64,000 nt of DNA, taken from the NCBI GenBank assembly GCA_017474485.1, contig JAFVHO010000058.1, positions 112-64,111 of the forward strand, given 5' to 3'. Shown here in pieces: positions 8,432 through 18,173 of this stretch. The stretch's first letter is position 1; the number at the start of each line of letters is the position of its first letter. The notes under the pieces were generated by a model. It was not told the DNA's origin. It was given only the letters and a program-made list of their open reading frames with translations, and ran no database searches. The translations under genes and the position numbers were made by a program. The DNA is from Prevotella sp. GTDB lineage: Bacteria; Bacteroidota; Bacteroidia; Bacteroidales; Bacteroidaceae.

Positions 8432-9319
8432 TTAAATCTTAAGTTCTTTCAGAATCTCACTCATGCGTTGCACATTCTTGACACGCATAGGCACCAAAGG
8501 TAAACGCAGCACGTTCTCGATGTAACCCATCTCGCTGAGCATGGCCTTGACACCAGCAGGGTTGCCATCGACAAAAAGCAGCGAGAAGAGGTCGATAAAG
8601 CGGTGGTGAATCTTGCGGGCAGCATCGTACTCACCACGCATCTGCAGACGTATCATCTTTGAAAACTCCTTAGGCAGGGCATTGCCTATGACGCTGATGA
8701 CACCCACTGCACCACAACTAACCATCGGGAACGTTAAACCATCATCACCACTGATGACATCAAAACTATTGGGCTTGTTCTTGATAATCTCGTCGACTTG
8801 TTCCAGATTACCGGAAGCCTCCTTGATAGCCACGATATTCTCGCAGTCGTGAGCGAGACGAACGGTTGTAGCGGCTTGCAGATTGACACCAGTACGACCA
8901 GGTACATTATAAAGGACTACAGGCAACTTGGTAGCTGCAGCAATAGCCTTAAAATGCTGATAAAGGCCCTCCTGTGAAGGCTTATTATAATATGGGCACA
9001 CGCTCAGAATGCCGTCGATGCCACGGAAATCGCCAGTCTGCAACTCGTTGACGATAGCTGCGGTATTATTACCACCACATCCCATCAAGATAGGAACGCG
9101 TCCACCAACGAGGTCTACAATAAGGTCTTTGATTTTCTGTTTTTCGTCTTGTGTCAGTGTTGGAGTCTCACCTGTTGTGGCGAGAATGCAAAAAAAGTCG
9201 GCTCCATTATCCAGCTGATACTGAACAAGACGGATGAGCGATTTGTAGTCGACAGAACCGTCTTCCAAGAAAGGAGTAATCAGTGCAATACCGAGCCCTT
9301 TAAAGATATTATGTACCAT
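8432..9319 (-). CDS. dapA: 4-hydroxy-tetrahydrodipicolinate synthase
   Basis: ATTGE, PYYNKP, LYNVPGRT, IKEASG. Confidence 0.95.
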   Translation of the reverse strand: MVHNIFKGLGIALITPFLEDGSVDYKSLIRLVQYQLDNGADFFCILATTGETPTLTQDEKQKIKDLIVDLVGGRVPILMGCGGNNTAAIVNELQTGDFRGIDGILSVCPYYNKPSQEGLYQHFKAIAAATKLPVVLYNVPGRTGVNLQAATTVRLAHDCENIVAIKEASGNLEQVDEIIKNKPNSFDVISGDDGLTFPMVSCGAVGVISVIGNALPKEFSKMIRLQMRGEYDAARKIHHRFIDLFSLLFVDGNPAGVKAMLSEMGYIENVLRLPLVPMRVKNVQRMSEILKELKI

Positions 9320-9388
9320 AAAAATAAGTATACTTACTAAATTGGATGCAAAATTACTAAATAAAATTGGAAATTAATCGCATTTTGC

Positions 9389-9421
9389 AAAAAAAAATGC
9401 CCAAACACGAACATTTGGGCA
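9389..9421 (-). terminator. Intrinsic terminator after glgB
   Basis: TGCCCAAA/TTTGGGCA stem followed by T9 on the - strand. Confidence 0.7.
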
Positions 9422-9443
9422 ATTTTATTCATTTTTTGTTGTT

Positions 9444-11522
9444 TTAAAGTTTCCTGAGTACCACTGCTGAGCGTGCAGGGATGTAGAGTTTCAACCACTC
9501 TTTATGATCCTGAACGTAGAGCGGATCATAGTTGGTGAGATGGGTTATGCTGTCGTCAGCGAAACCATTGCCACCAAACTCCTTGGCATCGGTGTTGAGC
9601 ACCACTTCATAAGAGCCCGTAGGAACAAGGAATCCGTAGTCGGTATACGAACGTGTAGGCGAGAAGTTGAATACGAAGACTAGGTCGCCACGCATGTAGC
9701 ACAGCACCTGGTCACCATCGTCATGCCATATCTCTGTAACGGGTGTTGCTTGGAAGTTTTTCTGGCTCTTGATGACTTCAAGCATCTTCTGATCGAAATC
9801 GCCTAACCAATGGTAACACAGGTCTTTATTGTCTACAAGGTTCCATTGACGGCGAGCATATTTGTACGACCATCCGTTACCCTCGCGTGGGAAGTCAATC
9901 CACTCAGGATGACCAAACTCGTTACCCATGAAATTCAGGTAACCGCCATTGATGGCACCTGCCGTCACCAGTCGAATCATCTTATGCAGGGCAATACCAC
10001 GCTGGGCAAGGTCATTGACGTCTTTCTTGGCAAAGTGCCAGTACATATCAGCATCAATCAAGCGGAAGATGATGGTCTTATCGCCCACCAATGCCTGGTC
10101 GTGGGACTCGCAGTAGGAAATGGTCTTCTCGTCTGGACGACGGTTTTTCACTTCCCAGAAGATAGAGCAAACGTTGATGTCTTCATCGCGCACCTCCTTG
10201 ATAGTCTTGATCCAGTAGTCGGGAATGTTCATGGCCATACGGTAGTCGAAGCCATAACCGCCATCCTCGAACTTAGCAGCCAAGCCAGGCATACCAGACA
10301 CCTCCTCAGCAATGGTAATAGCATTCTTGTTGACTTCGTGAATCAGGCAGTTAGCCAATGTCAGATAGCAGATAGCATTATCATCCTCATGACCATTGAA
10401 ATAGTCACCATAGCCTCCAAAGGCCTCGCCCAAGCCATGCGAATAGTACAGCATGGAGGTTACACCATCGAAGCGGAAACCGTCGAACTTAAACTCTTCG
10501 AGCCAGTATTTGCAGTTGGAGAGCAGGAAATGCAGCACATCGTCCTTACCGTAGTCGAAGCACAGCGAATCCCATGCAGGATGTTCGTGGCGGTCGCCTG
10601 GATAGAAGAACTGATTGGGATCACCACAGAGGTTGCCTAAGCCCTCAACCTCGTTTTTCACAGCGTGCGAGTGCACGATATCCATAATGACAGCAATGCC
10701 CAGTTTATGTGCAGTGTCGATCATTTCCTTCAAATCCTCAGGCGTACCAAAACGACTGGAGGGAGCAAAGAACGACGATACATGATAGCCGAACGAGCCA
10801 TAATACGGGTGTTCCTGAATAGCCATCACCTGAATAGCGTTGTAGCCGTCCTTTTTGACACGTGGTAGTACGTTCTCAGTGAATTCCTTGTAGGTACCGA
10901 CTTTCTCGGCATCCTGACCCATACCCACGTGGCACTCGTAGATTAACAGGGGAGCCTTGTTGGGCTTGAAGGTCTTTTTCTTCCACACATAGGGTTTCTC
11001 AGGATTCCATACCTGCGCAGAGAAAATCTTTGTCTGGTCGTCTTGAACCACACGACGACACCAAGCGGGAATACGCTCACCTTCTCCACCATTCCATTTC
11101 ACTTTCATCTTGTAAAGCTGACCGTGCTTCAGAGCCTTCTCAGAGAGTTTCAACTCCCAATTGTCAGTACCTGCAATACGCTTGCAACGATATTTCTCAT
11201 TTTCCTGCCAATTGTTGAAGTCACCAATCAGATAGATGTCAGTGGCATTAGGTGCCCACTCGCGGAACACCCAGCCCTTAGCCAACTTGTGAAGGCCGAA
11301 ATACAGATGACCAGAGGCAAACTGAGACAGGGTCTGCTTGCCGTTCTTTGTCAACTGTCCAATCTTCCATAAGGCATGATCGTGACGGCCACGAATAGCC
11401 TGTTCAAAGGGTTCCAGCCATGAGTCATCACGAACCAGCCCAATATGTTGGGGCACTTCTACCTTCTTCACCTTCTTCGGAGCAACTTTTTTCGCTGTCG
11501 TAGTCTTTTTAGTTGTTGCCAT
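9444..11522 (-). CDS. glgB: 1,4-alpha-glucan branching enzyme (GH13, CBM48)
   Basis: FREWAPNA, DIVHSH, GFRFDGVTSM, AEEVSG, YCESHDQ. Confidence 0.93.
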   Translation of the reverse strand: MATTKKTTTAKKVAPKKVKKVEVPQHIGLVRDDSWLEPFEQAIRGRHDHALWKIGQLTKNGKQTLSQFASGHLYFGLHKLAKGWVFREWAPNATDIYLIGDFNNWQENEKYRCKRIAGTDNWELKLSEKALKHGQLYKMKVKWNGGEGERIPAWCRRVVQDDQTKIFSAQVWNPEKPYVWKKKTFKPNKAPLLIYECHVGMGQDAEKVGTYKEFTENVLPRVKKDGYNAIQVMAIQEHPYYGSFGYHVSSFFAPSSRFGTPEDLKEMIDTAHKLGIAVIMDIVHSHAVKNEVEGLGNLCGDPNQFFYPGDRHEHPAWDSLCFDYGKDDVLHFLLSNCKYWLEEFKFDGFRFDGVTSMLYYSHGLGEAFGGYGDYFNGHEDDNAICYLTLANCLIHEVNKNAITIAEEVSGMPGLAAKFEDGGYGFDYRMAMNIPDYWIKTIKEVRDEDINVCSIFWEVKNRRPDEKTISYCESHDQALVGDKTIIFRLIDADMYWHFAKKDVNDLAQRGIALHKMIRLVTAGAINGGYLNFMGNEFGHPEWIDFPREGNGWSYKYARRQWNLVDNKDLCYHWLGDFDQKMLEVIKSQKNFQATPVTEIWHDDGDQVLCYMRGDLVFVFNFSPTRSYTDYGFLVPTGSYEVVLNTDAKEFGGNGFADDSITHLTNYDPLYVQDHKEWLKLYIPARSAVVLRKL

Positions 11523-11594
11523 AGTATTTATGATTTTACTTTAAACTTCGTTTGAACTTTCTTACGTTCGAAAATGAAAGATCTTTCATTTTAC

Positions 11595-12044
11595 TCACTT
11601 AACCGAAACCTTGAATATAGCCTTCTTGATTTCAGGAACACCAGCAATACAAGGCGCATGACCATCCTGTGGGAAGAAGATAGCCATCATGCCAGGCATG
11701 CAGGTAACATAACTGTCAGCAGCCAGGTCTGGAATCTTGGTGATGTCTTTTTCCTCATTATACTCAGCAGCAGGCAGCAGGTCGCGCTGGGTATATCCAA
11801 ACGTCTCAGCATCAGAGAGAGGAATCTGAATGTCAATCATCTTGTTATGGGTCTCAATAACAGCAGCTTCTGGCGTACGTCCCTTTGCCATTTGGATATT
11901 CACAAAGAGGTCTTTGCCTTCTATTTCATACTTGCCAGGTTCCAAAGCATTGAGGTCGTGCTGTTCAATAAACTCTACGACCTTTGGGAACAGAGGATTC
12001 ACCTGAGCATAATTCTTCAGATTCTCAATTTTGTCAATAATCAT
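11595..12044 (-). CDS. YhcH/YjgK/YiaL family protein
   Basis: ETHNKMIDIQ, FFPQDGHAP. Confidence 0.88.
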   Translation of the reverse strand: MIIDKIENLKNYAQVNPLFPKVVEFIEQHDLNALEPGKYEIEGKDLFVNIQMAKGRTPEAAVIETHNKMIDIQIPLSDAETFGYTQRDLLPAAEYNEEKDITKIPDLAADSYVTCMPGMMAIFFPQDGHAPCIAGVPEIKKAIFKVSVK

Positions 12045-12093
12045 AGTGCTTTTAATTTTAATATGTTAAAAATCTCAACTCGTAATTTGTCAT

Positions 12094-13209
12094 TCAATCC
12101 ACCTGGCGTCTGCCACGAATGTAACTGCCTTGGGCAATGATGTTGCCATTTCGGTCTTTTTCAACGAAACGACCATCACGACGATCATCCACATAACTGC
12201 CCTCAAAACGCTTGCCTTCTTTATCTTCCTCGATAGCAGGCCCATGGCGCTTGCCTTGCTTGAAGTGTCCCTTGAATTTCGAACCGTCAGCATAGCGTGC
12301 TATACCCTCACCATGTATCTGACCATTCAAGAACTGTCCCTCAAAGACATCGCCATTTTTCATGGTCAGCTTACCACGTCCGTTAGGTTTGTCTTGTTTC
12401 CATTCACCCTGGTACTGATTACCATTCTTCCAAACAAGCATACCCTGCCCCTGCTTGGCACCTTTACGGAACTGGCCTGTATATTTATCGCCATTGGCGT
12501 AGCGGAATACACCTTGACCGGTACGTTCACCATTGACATAGTCACCCTCGTAAATGTCACCGTTTTGGAACTTATAGATGCCCTTTCCATGCTGGACATC
12601 ATTAGCCCACTGACCGATATAGACGTCGCCAGAAGCATAATTGTAAGTACCCTTACCTGAACGCTGGTTGTCTTTCCACTGACCCGTATAACTGGAGCCG
12701 TCACCCCAATCGAACTGACCTTTGCCGTTCTTCATGTCGTTAGCCCATTCACCTTCGTACCAGGCACCTTCCTTATGCGTATAGCGGCCTTGTCCATGAC
12801 GCTTGTTCTGGCGCCAGTTGCCGTCATACTGATCACCATTATAATAATACATGGTACCATGACCTTCTTGGTCGTCACGATACCATAGACCTTCATAACG
12901 ATTGTTGTTCTGGAAATAGTATGTACCCTTGCCGTGCTGATGATCCTGAAGCCATTCGCCTTCGTATTTCTCACCATCGAGGAAAGTATAGACACCATAG
13001 CCCTGACGTTTGCCTTTTACGTATTCGCCTTCAAAGACATCACCGTCCTTCCAAACTGTACGACCCTTTCCGTGGGGCTTACCCGCCTGCATTTCACCCT
13101 TGTATTCGCCTCCGTCTTTCATCTTATAGGTGCCCAGTGTAATCTTCTGAGCATGAGCCGCAAGGGTGCCGGTAGCCAACAATATTAATAATGTATATCG
13201 TATATTCAT
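12094..13209 (-). CDS. Secreted MORN-repeat protein
   Basis: Signal peptide followed by many Y.G.W.....HG.G repeats. Confidence 0.9.
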   Translation of the reverse strand: MNIRYTLLILLATGTLAAHAQKITLGTYKMKDGGEYKGEMQAGKPHGKGRTVWKDGDVFEGEYVKGKRQGYGVYTFLDGEKYEGEWLQDHQHGKGTYYFQNNNRYEGLWYRDDQEGHGTMYYYNGDQYDGNWRQNKRHGQGRYTHKEGAWYEGEWANDMKNGKGQFDWGDGSSYTGQWKDNQRSGKGTYNYASGDVYIGQWANDVQHGKGIYKFQNGDIYEGDYVNGERTGQGVFRYANGDKYTGQFRKGAKQGQGMLVWKNGNQYQGEWKQDKPNGRGKLTMKNGDVFEGQFLNGQIHGEGIARYADGSKFKGHFKQGKRHGPAIEEDKEGKRFEGSYVDDRRDGRFVEKDRNGNIIAQGSYIRGRRQVD

Positions 13210-13237
13210 GAATATGTGTTCGTTTTGTTTAACTTTA

Positions 13238-13306
13238 CAAAGGTAGAAAAAAAAAAGAGATTTTTCACTTTTCGCTTTTCACTTTTCACTTTATTTTGTA
13301 CCTTTG
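13238..13306. promoter_or_regulatory. Divergent Bacteroidetes -7 promoters (MORN gene / kdsB)
   Basis: TACCTTTG on - at 13238-13245 and on + at 13299-13306, separated by TTTTCAC heptamer repeats. Confidence 0.6.
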
Positions 13307-13330
13307 CAGAAAATTTAAGAAAAAACGACG

Positions 13331-14074
13331 ATGAAATTCATTGCTATCATTCCTGCCCGTTATGCCTCCACCAGATTTCCAGGCAAGCCACTGGCGCTGT
13401 TAGGTGGAAAGCCCGTTATCCAGCGTGTCTATCAACAAGCACTCTCAGTACTTCCAGAGGCTTATGTGGCCACTGATGACAAGCGTATCTTTCAATGTGT
13501 AGAACAGTTTGGCGGACGTGCCATCATGACACGTGCAGACCACAAGAGTGGCACCGATCGTATTCAGGAGGCTGTAGAGCATATCGGCACTGATGCTGAC
13601 GTCATCATCAATATTCAGGGTGATGAGCCGTTTGTACAGGCTTCTCAGCTGCAGACGCTGATGCAGCTGTTCGATGACCCCACTACTCAGATAGGTACTT
13701 TGGGCAAACGCTTCGACTCAATGGAAGCCGTCGAGAACCCAAACTCTCCAAAGATTGTCTGCGACCTTCGTGGCTTTGCGCTTTATTTCAGCCGTAGCAC
13801 CATTCCTTATGTTCGTGGCAAGGAAAAAGCGGAATGGCTGGAGCATTATCCCTACCTCAAGCATCTTGGCTTGTACGCCTATCGTCGTGAGGTATTACGT
13901 GAGGTTACACAATTACCCCAGTCCCCCCTTGAGAAGGCCGAGAGTCTGGAACAGTTGCGCTGGTTGGAAAACGGCTATCGCATCCGTGTAGGACTGACGG
14001 ATGTAGAGACAGTAGGCATTGACACGCCTGAGGATTTGGAGCGTGCAGAAGCTTTTCTGGCCAATCAACGTTGA
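13331..14074 (+). CDS. kdsB: 3-deoxy-manno-octulosonate cytidylyltransferase
   Basis: IIPARYASTRFPGKPL, QGDEP, ALYFSRS.IP, ESLEQLRWLE. Confidence 0.95.
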   Translation: MKFIAIIPARYASTRFPGKPLALLGGKPVIQRVYQQALSVLPEAYVATDDKRIFQCVEQFGGRAIMTRADHKSGTDRIQEAVEHIGTDADVIINIQGDEPFVQASQLQTLMQLFDDPTTQIGTLGKRFDSMEAVENPNSPKIVCDLRGFALYFSRSTIPYVRGKEKAEWLEHYPYLKHLGLYAYRREVLREVTQLPQSPLEKAESLEQLRWLENGYRIRVGLTDVETVGIDTPEDLERAEAFLANQR

Positions 14075-15075
14075 CCTCTAAACTTCAGAATGACATAGAT
14101 AATAACTGGTGCTCCTAACAATGGAGTAACGGCATTCAGAGGAATGACGCCATTCTCACCAGGCAATACACATAACAAATTACAGACGAGCGCTGTTACC
14201 GAGCCCATCAAAATGGTGGCGGGTAACAGTGTTCTGTGATTATCGGTGGTTAGCAGCATGCGGGCCACATGAGGTACAGCCAGTCCGATAAAGGAAATAG
14301 GACCGCAGAAAGCTGTTACAACAGCAGTCAGCAAACCTGTAACAACAAGCAACCAATTGCGTACACGAACCACATTAACACCTAAATTCTCAGCATAACG
14401 TTCGCCTAACATCAGGGCATTGAGGGGTTTTATCAGCAGAAGGGCAGAGAACAGTGCCAACAGCGTGATACTGGCAAAAGCGGGCATCATGCGCATAGAA
14501 ACGCCACCAAACGAGCCCATACCCCATACAACATAGGACTTCACACCTTCGTCAGTGGCAAAGAAATTAAGCAGGGTGACTGCCGAACTACTGACATAGC
14601 CAATCATAATGCCCACTATGAGCAACATGACCGATGAACGCACTAAACCTGAGAAGAAAAAGATGACCAGCATGACCGCCATAGCCCCCAAGAAGGCTGC
14701 AACAAGGATGGCAACGAAACCAGAAACCGTTACCGTCCCTGCTGTGATGCTACCTCCTAAGAAAAGCATCACCAATGCCACACCAAGTCCGGCACCACTA
14801 CTGATACCAAAAATACCCGGATCGGCCAATGGATTACGGAAGGCTGTCTGCAACATCAAACCACTTGCAGCCAAGGCTCCTCCTGCTAATACGGCAGTGA
14901 TAGCCTGTGGCAGACGCGACTGTAGCACGATATACTGCCAGGAAGGACGTATGCCTTCTGTATCGCCTATCAGGATGCTCAACACGTCAGAGGCAGGAAT
15001 ATGGATAGACCCCACCAGAATGTTGACAATCATCAACACGATCATCAGTACTGCCAAAAAGAGACACTTTTTCAT
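14065..15075 (-). CDS. btuC: Cobalamin ABC transporter permease (FecCD family)
   Basis: RLPQA, FRNPLADP, GPISFIGLAVPH; last gene of the riboswitch operon. Confidence 0.82.
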   Translation of the reverse strand: MKKCLFLAVLMIVLMIVNILVGSIHIPASDVLSILIGDTEGIRPSWQYIVLQSRLPQAITAVLAGGALAASGLMLQTAFRNPLADPGIFGISSGAGLGVALVMLFLGGSITAGTVTVSGFVAILVAAFLGAMAVMLVIFFFSGLVRSSVMLLIVGIMIGYVSSSAVTLLNFFATDEGVKSYVVWGMGSFGGVSMRMMPAFASITLLALFSALLLIKPLNALMLGERYAENLGVNVVRVRNWLLVVTGLLTAVVTAFCGPISFIGLAVPHVARMLLTTDNHRTLLPATILMGSVTALVCNLLCVLPGENGVIPLNAVTPLLGAPVIIYVILKFRGQR

Positions 15076-16190
15076 TCTACCATGTGATAATAACGCAATG
15101 GATGATGCGGCAAGACATCCGGGTGCAAGATACGGATAAAGTCAGCTAACAACAGGTCTGGACGGAAGGGTGACTCCTCATAGAACAACGATTGCTCGAC
15201 ATTACAGCCATATACCCTACCCTCACGGAACGAACGGAACTGACTATAGCCCCGATGTTCGCTCAGCAACTGCTGACGAGTCAGCTTTTGCTGACCACTA
15301 TAACGCAAGAGCCATACATCGCTTTCGCCAGCACGTTCAAGGACTGTCTCGAAAGGCAATGCTACCGAACCGCTATGTTCATCAGTAGCCCACGGATAAT
15401 CAGCGCCAGCATCAGCCAGCATACAACCTATGGTACTACGTCCGCCAGGCACATACCACACAGAGCCAGTAATCTTATCCAACAGGGATGAAGTCCGATG
15501 TTTAATGCCTGATATCTGTTGTTTCAGGGCATGATAGCTGCTATCGACTAGAGCAAACAAACTGTCGGCCTCATGTTCACAGCCATACAGCATACCATAA
15601 AATCGCACCCACTCTGCCCTACCCAATGGCGATGCTTCCATATATTCAGCACACTCGACGATAGGAATATCTATTTCCTCCAACTGTCCATAGCCGCCAC
15701 TGTTCTCAAAGGGCGACAATAACATGGCATCAGGATGCAGGTCGATAATCTTCTCGATGACAGGACTCATACCATCGCCACAATCCATTATATGTCCGCT
15801 ATCGACACCAACCTGTACAAATGGAGCCTTGATATACTTTAAGTCGGCTACACCAGCCACACTATTTTCACGCTGGAGCATGCTTAGCAGCGAGCAATGT
15901 ACGGTAGTAAATACCACGCTACGACGCAAAGGGGTGCGAATCAAGGTTCCCTCAGGCAACAACTCAGGCAGGACACTGTCGGCAGGCACCAACACATACT
16001 GATGGAGCACGGCATTCTGACGCCAAGGATGGCTAATCGTAGCTACCGTATAACCTGGATAGCGTACCAGGTTGAGCAATTGGGCATATTGAAAACGAAC
16101 AGTGTCGCCACCGTCTGCGGAGGAACGCATCTGTCCCCCGCAAGACGATAGCAATACTGCTAATATGGATAAATAAATCAGCCTATACAT
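15072..16190 (-). CDS. btuF: Cobalamin ABC transporter substrate-binding lipoprotein
   Basis: Lipobox LSSC; EYME.SPLGRAEW; RPDLLLADF. Confidence 0.8.
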   Translation of the reverse strand: MYRLIYLSILAVLLSSCGGQMRSSADGGDTVRFQYAQLLNLVRYPGYTVATISHPWRQNAVLHQYVLVPADSVLPELLPEGTLIRTPLRRSVVFTTVHCSLLSMLQRENSVAGVADLKYIKAPFVQVGVDSGHIMDCGDGMSPVIEKIIDLHPDAMLLSPFENSGGYGQLEEIDIPIVECAEYMEASPLGRAEWVRFYGMLYGCEHEADSLFALVDSSYHALKQQISGIKHRTSSLLDKITGSVWYVPGGRSTIGCMLADAGADYPWATDEHSGSVALPFETVLERAGESDVWLLRYSGQQKLTRQQLLSEHRGYSQFRSFREGRVYGCNVEQSLFYEESPFRPDLLLADFIRILHPDVLPHHPLRYYHMVE

Positions 16191-17027
16191 TTAGAACTGA
16201 ACAGCGACATCGTCATAGGCAAAGTAAGCAGGCGTGTTAAGGCCCCAATCGCCCTTGTCTGTACCATCCATGTCGAATACAACCATGATGACCTTGCCAA
16301 GAGCAGTGAGGTCAAACTTGCTCCAGTCAGAGACATAGACACCATCCTTGCACAAATCGAACTGTGCTGTACCTGTCTCATTGCCATCGGCATCATAACC
16401 TGTAGCTGTAATCCACAGGCTACCCTTTTGCTTAACCAGCGACTGGGTATATGCATCTCCATTGATGATGCTGTTCAGGGTATAAGTTGTTGGGATAACA
16501 TACATGTGGTCAATGACACGGGCAACATCATCAGAGAAATATAAATAAGGAGCAATACCCATCATGGTGCTTGAACCGAAATGAACACAGAAGTTCTTGG
16601 AACCATTGTGGCCACTGCTAACAGGAATTGCCAATTGTGACAGATAGTCACCCTTCGACAGGTCTAACTCTGTATAATTAGAAACGGCATGACCACCATA
16701 ATAATACTGATTGTCATCAAACAAAGCACCAATAATCATATGGGCCAGGAAAGTATTGCCGTCATCACTCCAATGATAAGCCTCAGCATTATAATCTTCA
16801 GGAGCGAGATATTTGCCGCCATACTGAGGATAGTCAATCAACGTGCTCCAATATTGCTGACCAGTGTAGTTGGTACCAGCTTTCCAATCGGAATCCTCAA
16901 AGGTCAGAACACGGAGAGTCTGAACTGGCACATTACCACCACTGGGATTGTCTTGAACATCACACGATGTGAAAGCAGCCATTGCGCATACGAATGCTGC
17001 AGAGATAAATAACACTTGTTTTTTCAT
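16191..17027 (-). CDS. DUF4465-like surface lipoprotein of the B12 locus
   Basis: Lipobox FTSC; W.KFDLT.LG; GLNTPAYFAYDD C-terminus. Confidence 0.75.
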   Translation of the reverse strand: MKKQVLFISAAFVCAMAAFTSCDVQDNPSGGNVPVQTLRVLTFEDSDWKAGTNYTGQQYWSTLIDYPQYGGKYLAPEDYNAEAYHWSDDGNTFLAHMIIGALFDDNQYYYGGHAVSNYTELDLSKGDYLSQLAIPVSSGHNGSKNFCVHFGSSTMMGIAPYLYFSDDVARVIDHMYVIPTTYTLNSIINGDAYTQSLVKQKGSLWITATGYDADGNETGTAQFDLCKDGVYVSDWSKFDLTALGKVIMVVFDMDGTDKGDWGLNTPAYFAYDDVAVQF

Positions 17028-17057
17028 AATTGTTTGATTTTAAAAATGAATAAATGT

Positions 17058-18173
17058 TTATTGAATAATAAGAATCTTTCCGTTTCTAACATAGAGTCCC
17101 TTGCGTGGGTGCATCGTCTTTTGCCCAAGCAGATTGTAATACGAAACATTTGTCGACGACAATGACTTCATTTCATGTACACCTGTCAGCGCGTCTCTGA
17201 CACGCTGGATGGAAGTGTCAAGATGCAAGTCCTCAGCACCTAATATCTCAGTTGATGTCTCGCCTATCCATCCACACTGCTGATTCACAGCAGTATAGAC
17301 GCGAACGAAATCAACAAAATCAATCTTTGCAGGTTGACGACTCACCACTTCTACAGCATGGTCAAAGTCGAAGCTACCATTCTCAGCCTCAGTGTTGGGC
17401 TTGTTATCGACATAACCCCATGCCAATGATTGTAATATCCAATTCTCTTTAGGATATACCTGGGTATTGTATCCATTCCGAGGCAGTAACGTCTGTGGGC
17501 CAAACGTTATGGTATCATCATTGACCCACGAAGGATAGTACGTCTGGGCATGGTATCTGTTCTTGCTGACATAGCCGCTCTGGCCCTGATTGTCTGTCCA
17601 AGGGATATACTGCTCTATCGTGATATCCTTGGATATGGTACTGGTTTTACCGTCTTTTTGTTCTGTTGTGGGGCGTTGATAGGTTATCGTATAGCCATAG
17701 ATGACCTTGCCCACGCTGTCAGCATCAGCACTACCTTTCAGTTCATACCACGTATCGTCAGGCAATCCGTTTCCATTCTCGTCTTTCGACACCATGACAA
17801 TGCCCGGTTCGCTATTGTTCTCGAAGTTGGTATTACCTTGTATCAAAATGTCTGCTTGTCCTTGCACGTTAGCAATGGAATGGTCGAAATGAAAGGTGAT
17901 ATACCCACCATATCCGCCCAAGCACACAGCACTGCGTTGATCATTGGCCAACGATTCAGTACATTTCTGTGCCATACTGGCAGCATCATCGCCCTGTGCA
18001 TATTTAGGCATCATGTTGACAAACTGTCCTGGTGCCGGCAGATACTCGTCAACTGTCACAATATACTTAGTGTACTGCGTGACATTGTCCAACCGCTGCG
18101 CTTGCAAACCCGTTGACAGCCATAAGCTAAAACCGATCAGATAGAATTTATTCATCATATTTTTATTTTTCAT
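17058..18173 (-). CDS. B12-locus cell-surface protein (BtuH-like domain) with T9SS-type C-terminal tail
   Basis: EYLPAPGQFVN, LGGYGGY..F.FDH, SEPGIV.VS.D.NGNGLPDD.WYEL; tail YNLLGQK...KGLYVRNGK. Confidence 0.65.
   Translation of the reverse strand: MKNKNMMNKFYLIGFSLWLSTGLQAQRLDNVTQYTKYIVTVDEYLPAPGQFVNMMPKYAQGDDAASMAQKCTESLANDQRSAVCLGGYGGYITFHFDHSIANVQGQADILIQGNTNFENNSEPGIVMVSKDENGNGLPDDTWYELKGSADADSVGKVIYGYTITYQRPTTEQKDGKTSTISKDITIEQYIPWTDNQGQSGYVSKNRYHAQTYYPSWVNDDTITFGPQTLLPRNGYNTQVYPKENWILQSLAWGYVDNKPNTEAENGSFDFDHAVEVVSRQPAKIDFVDFVRVYTAVNQQCGWIGETSTEILGAEDLHLDTSIQRVRDALTGVHEMKSLSSTNVSYYNLLGQKTMHPRKGLYVRNGKILIIQ

Noticed and set aside
12094-13209. Nucleotide-level repeat array or diversity-generating target
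   Set aside because: The periodicity is explained by ordinary MORN protein repeats; there is no reverse transcriptase or template repeat.
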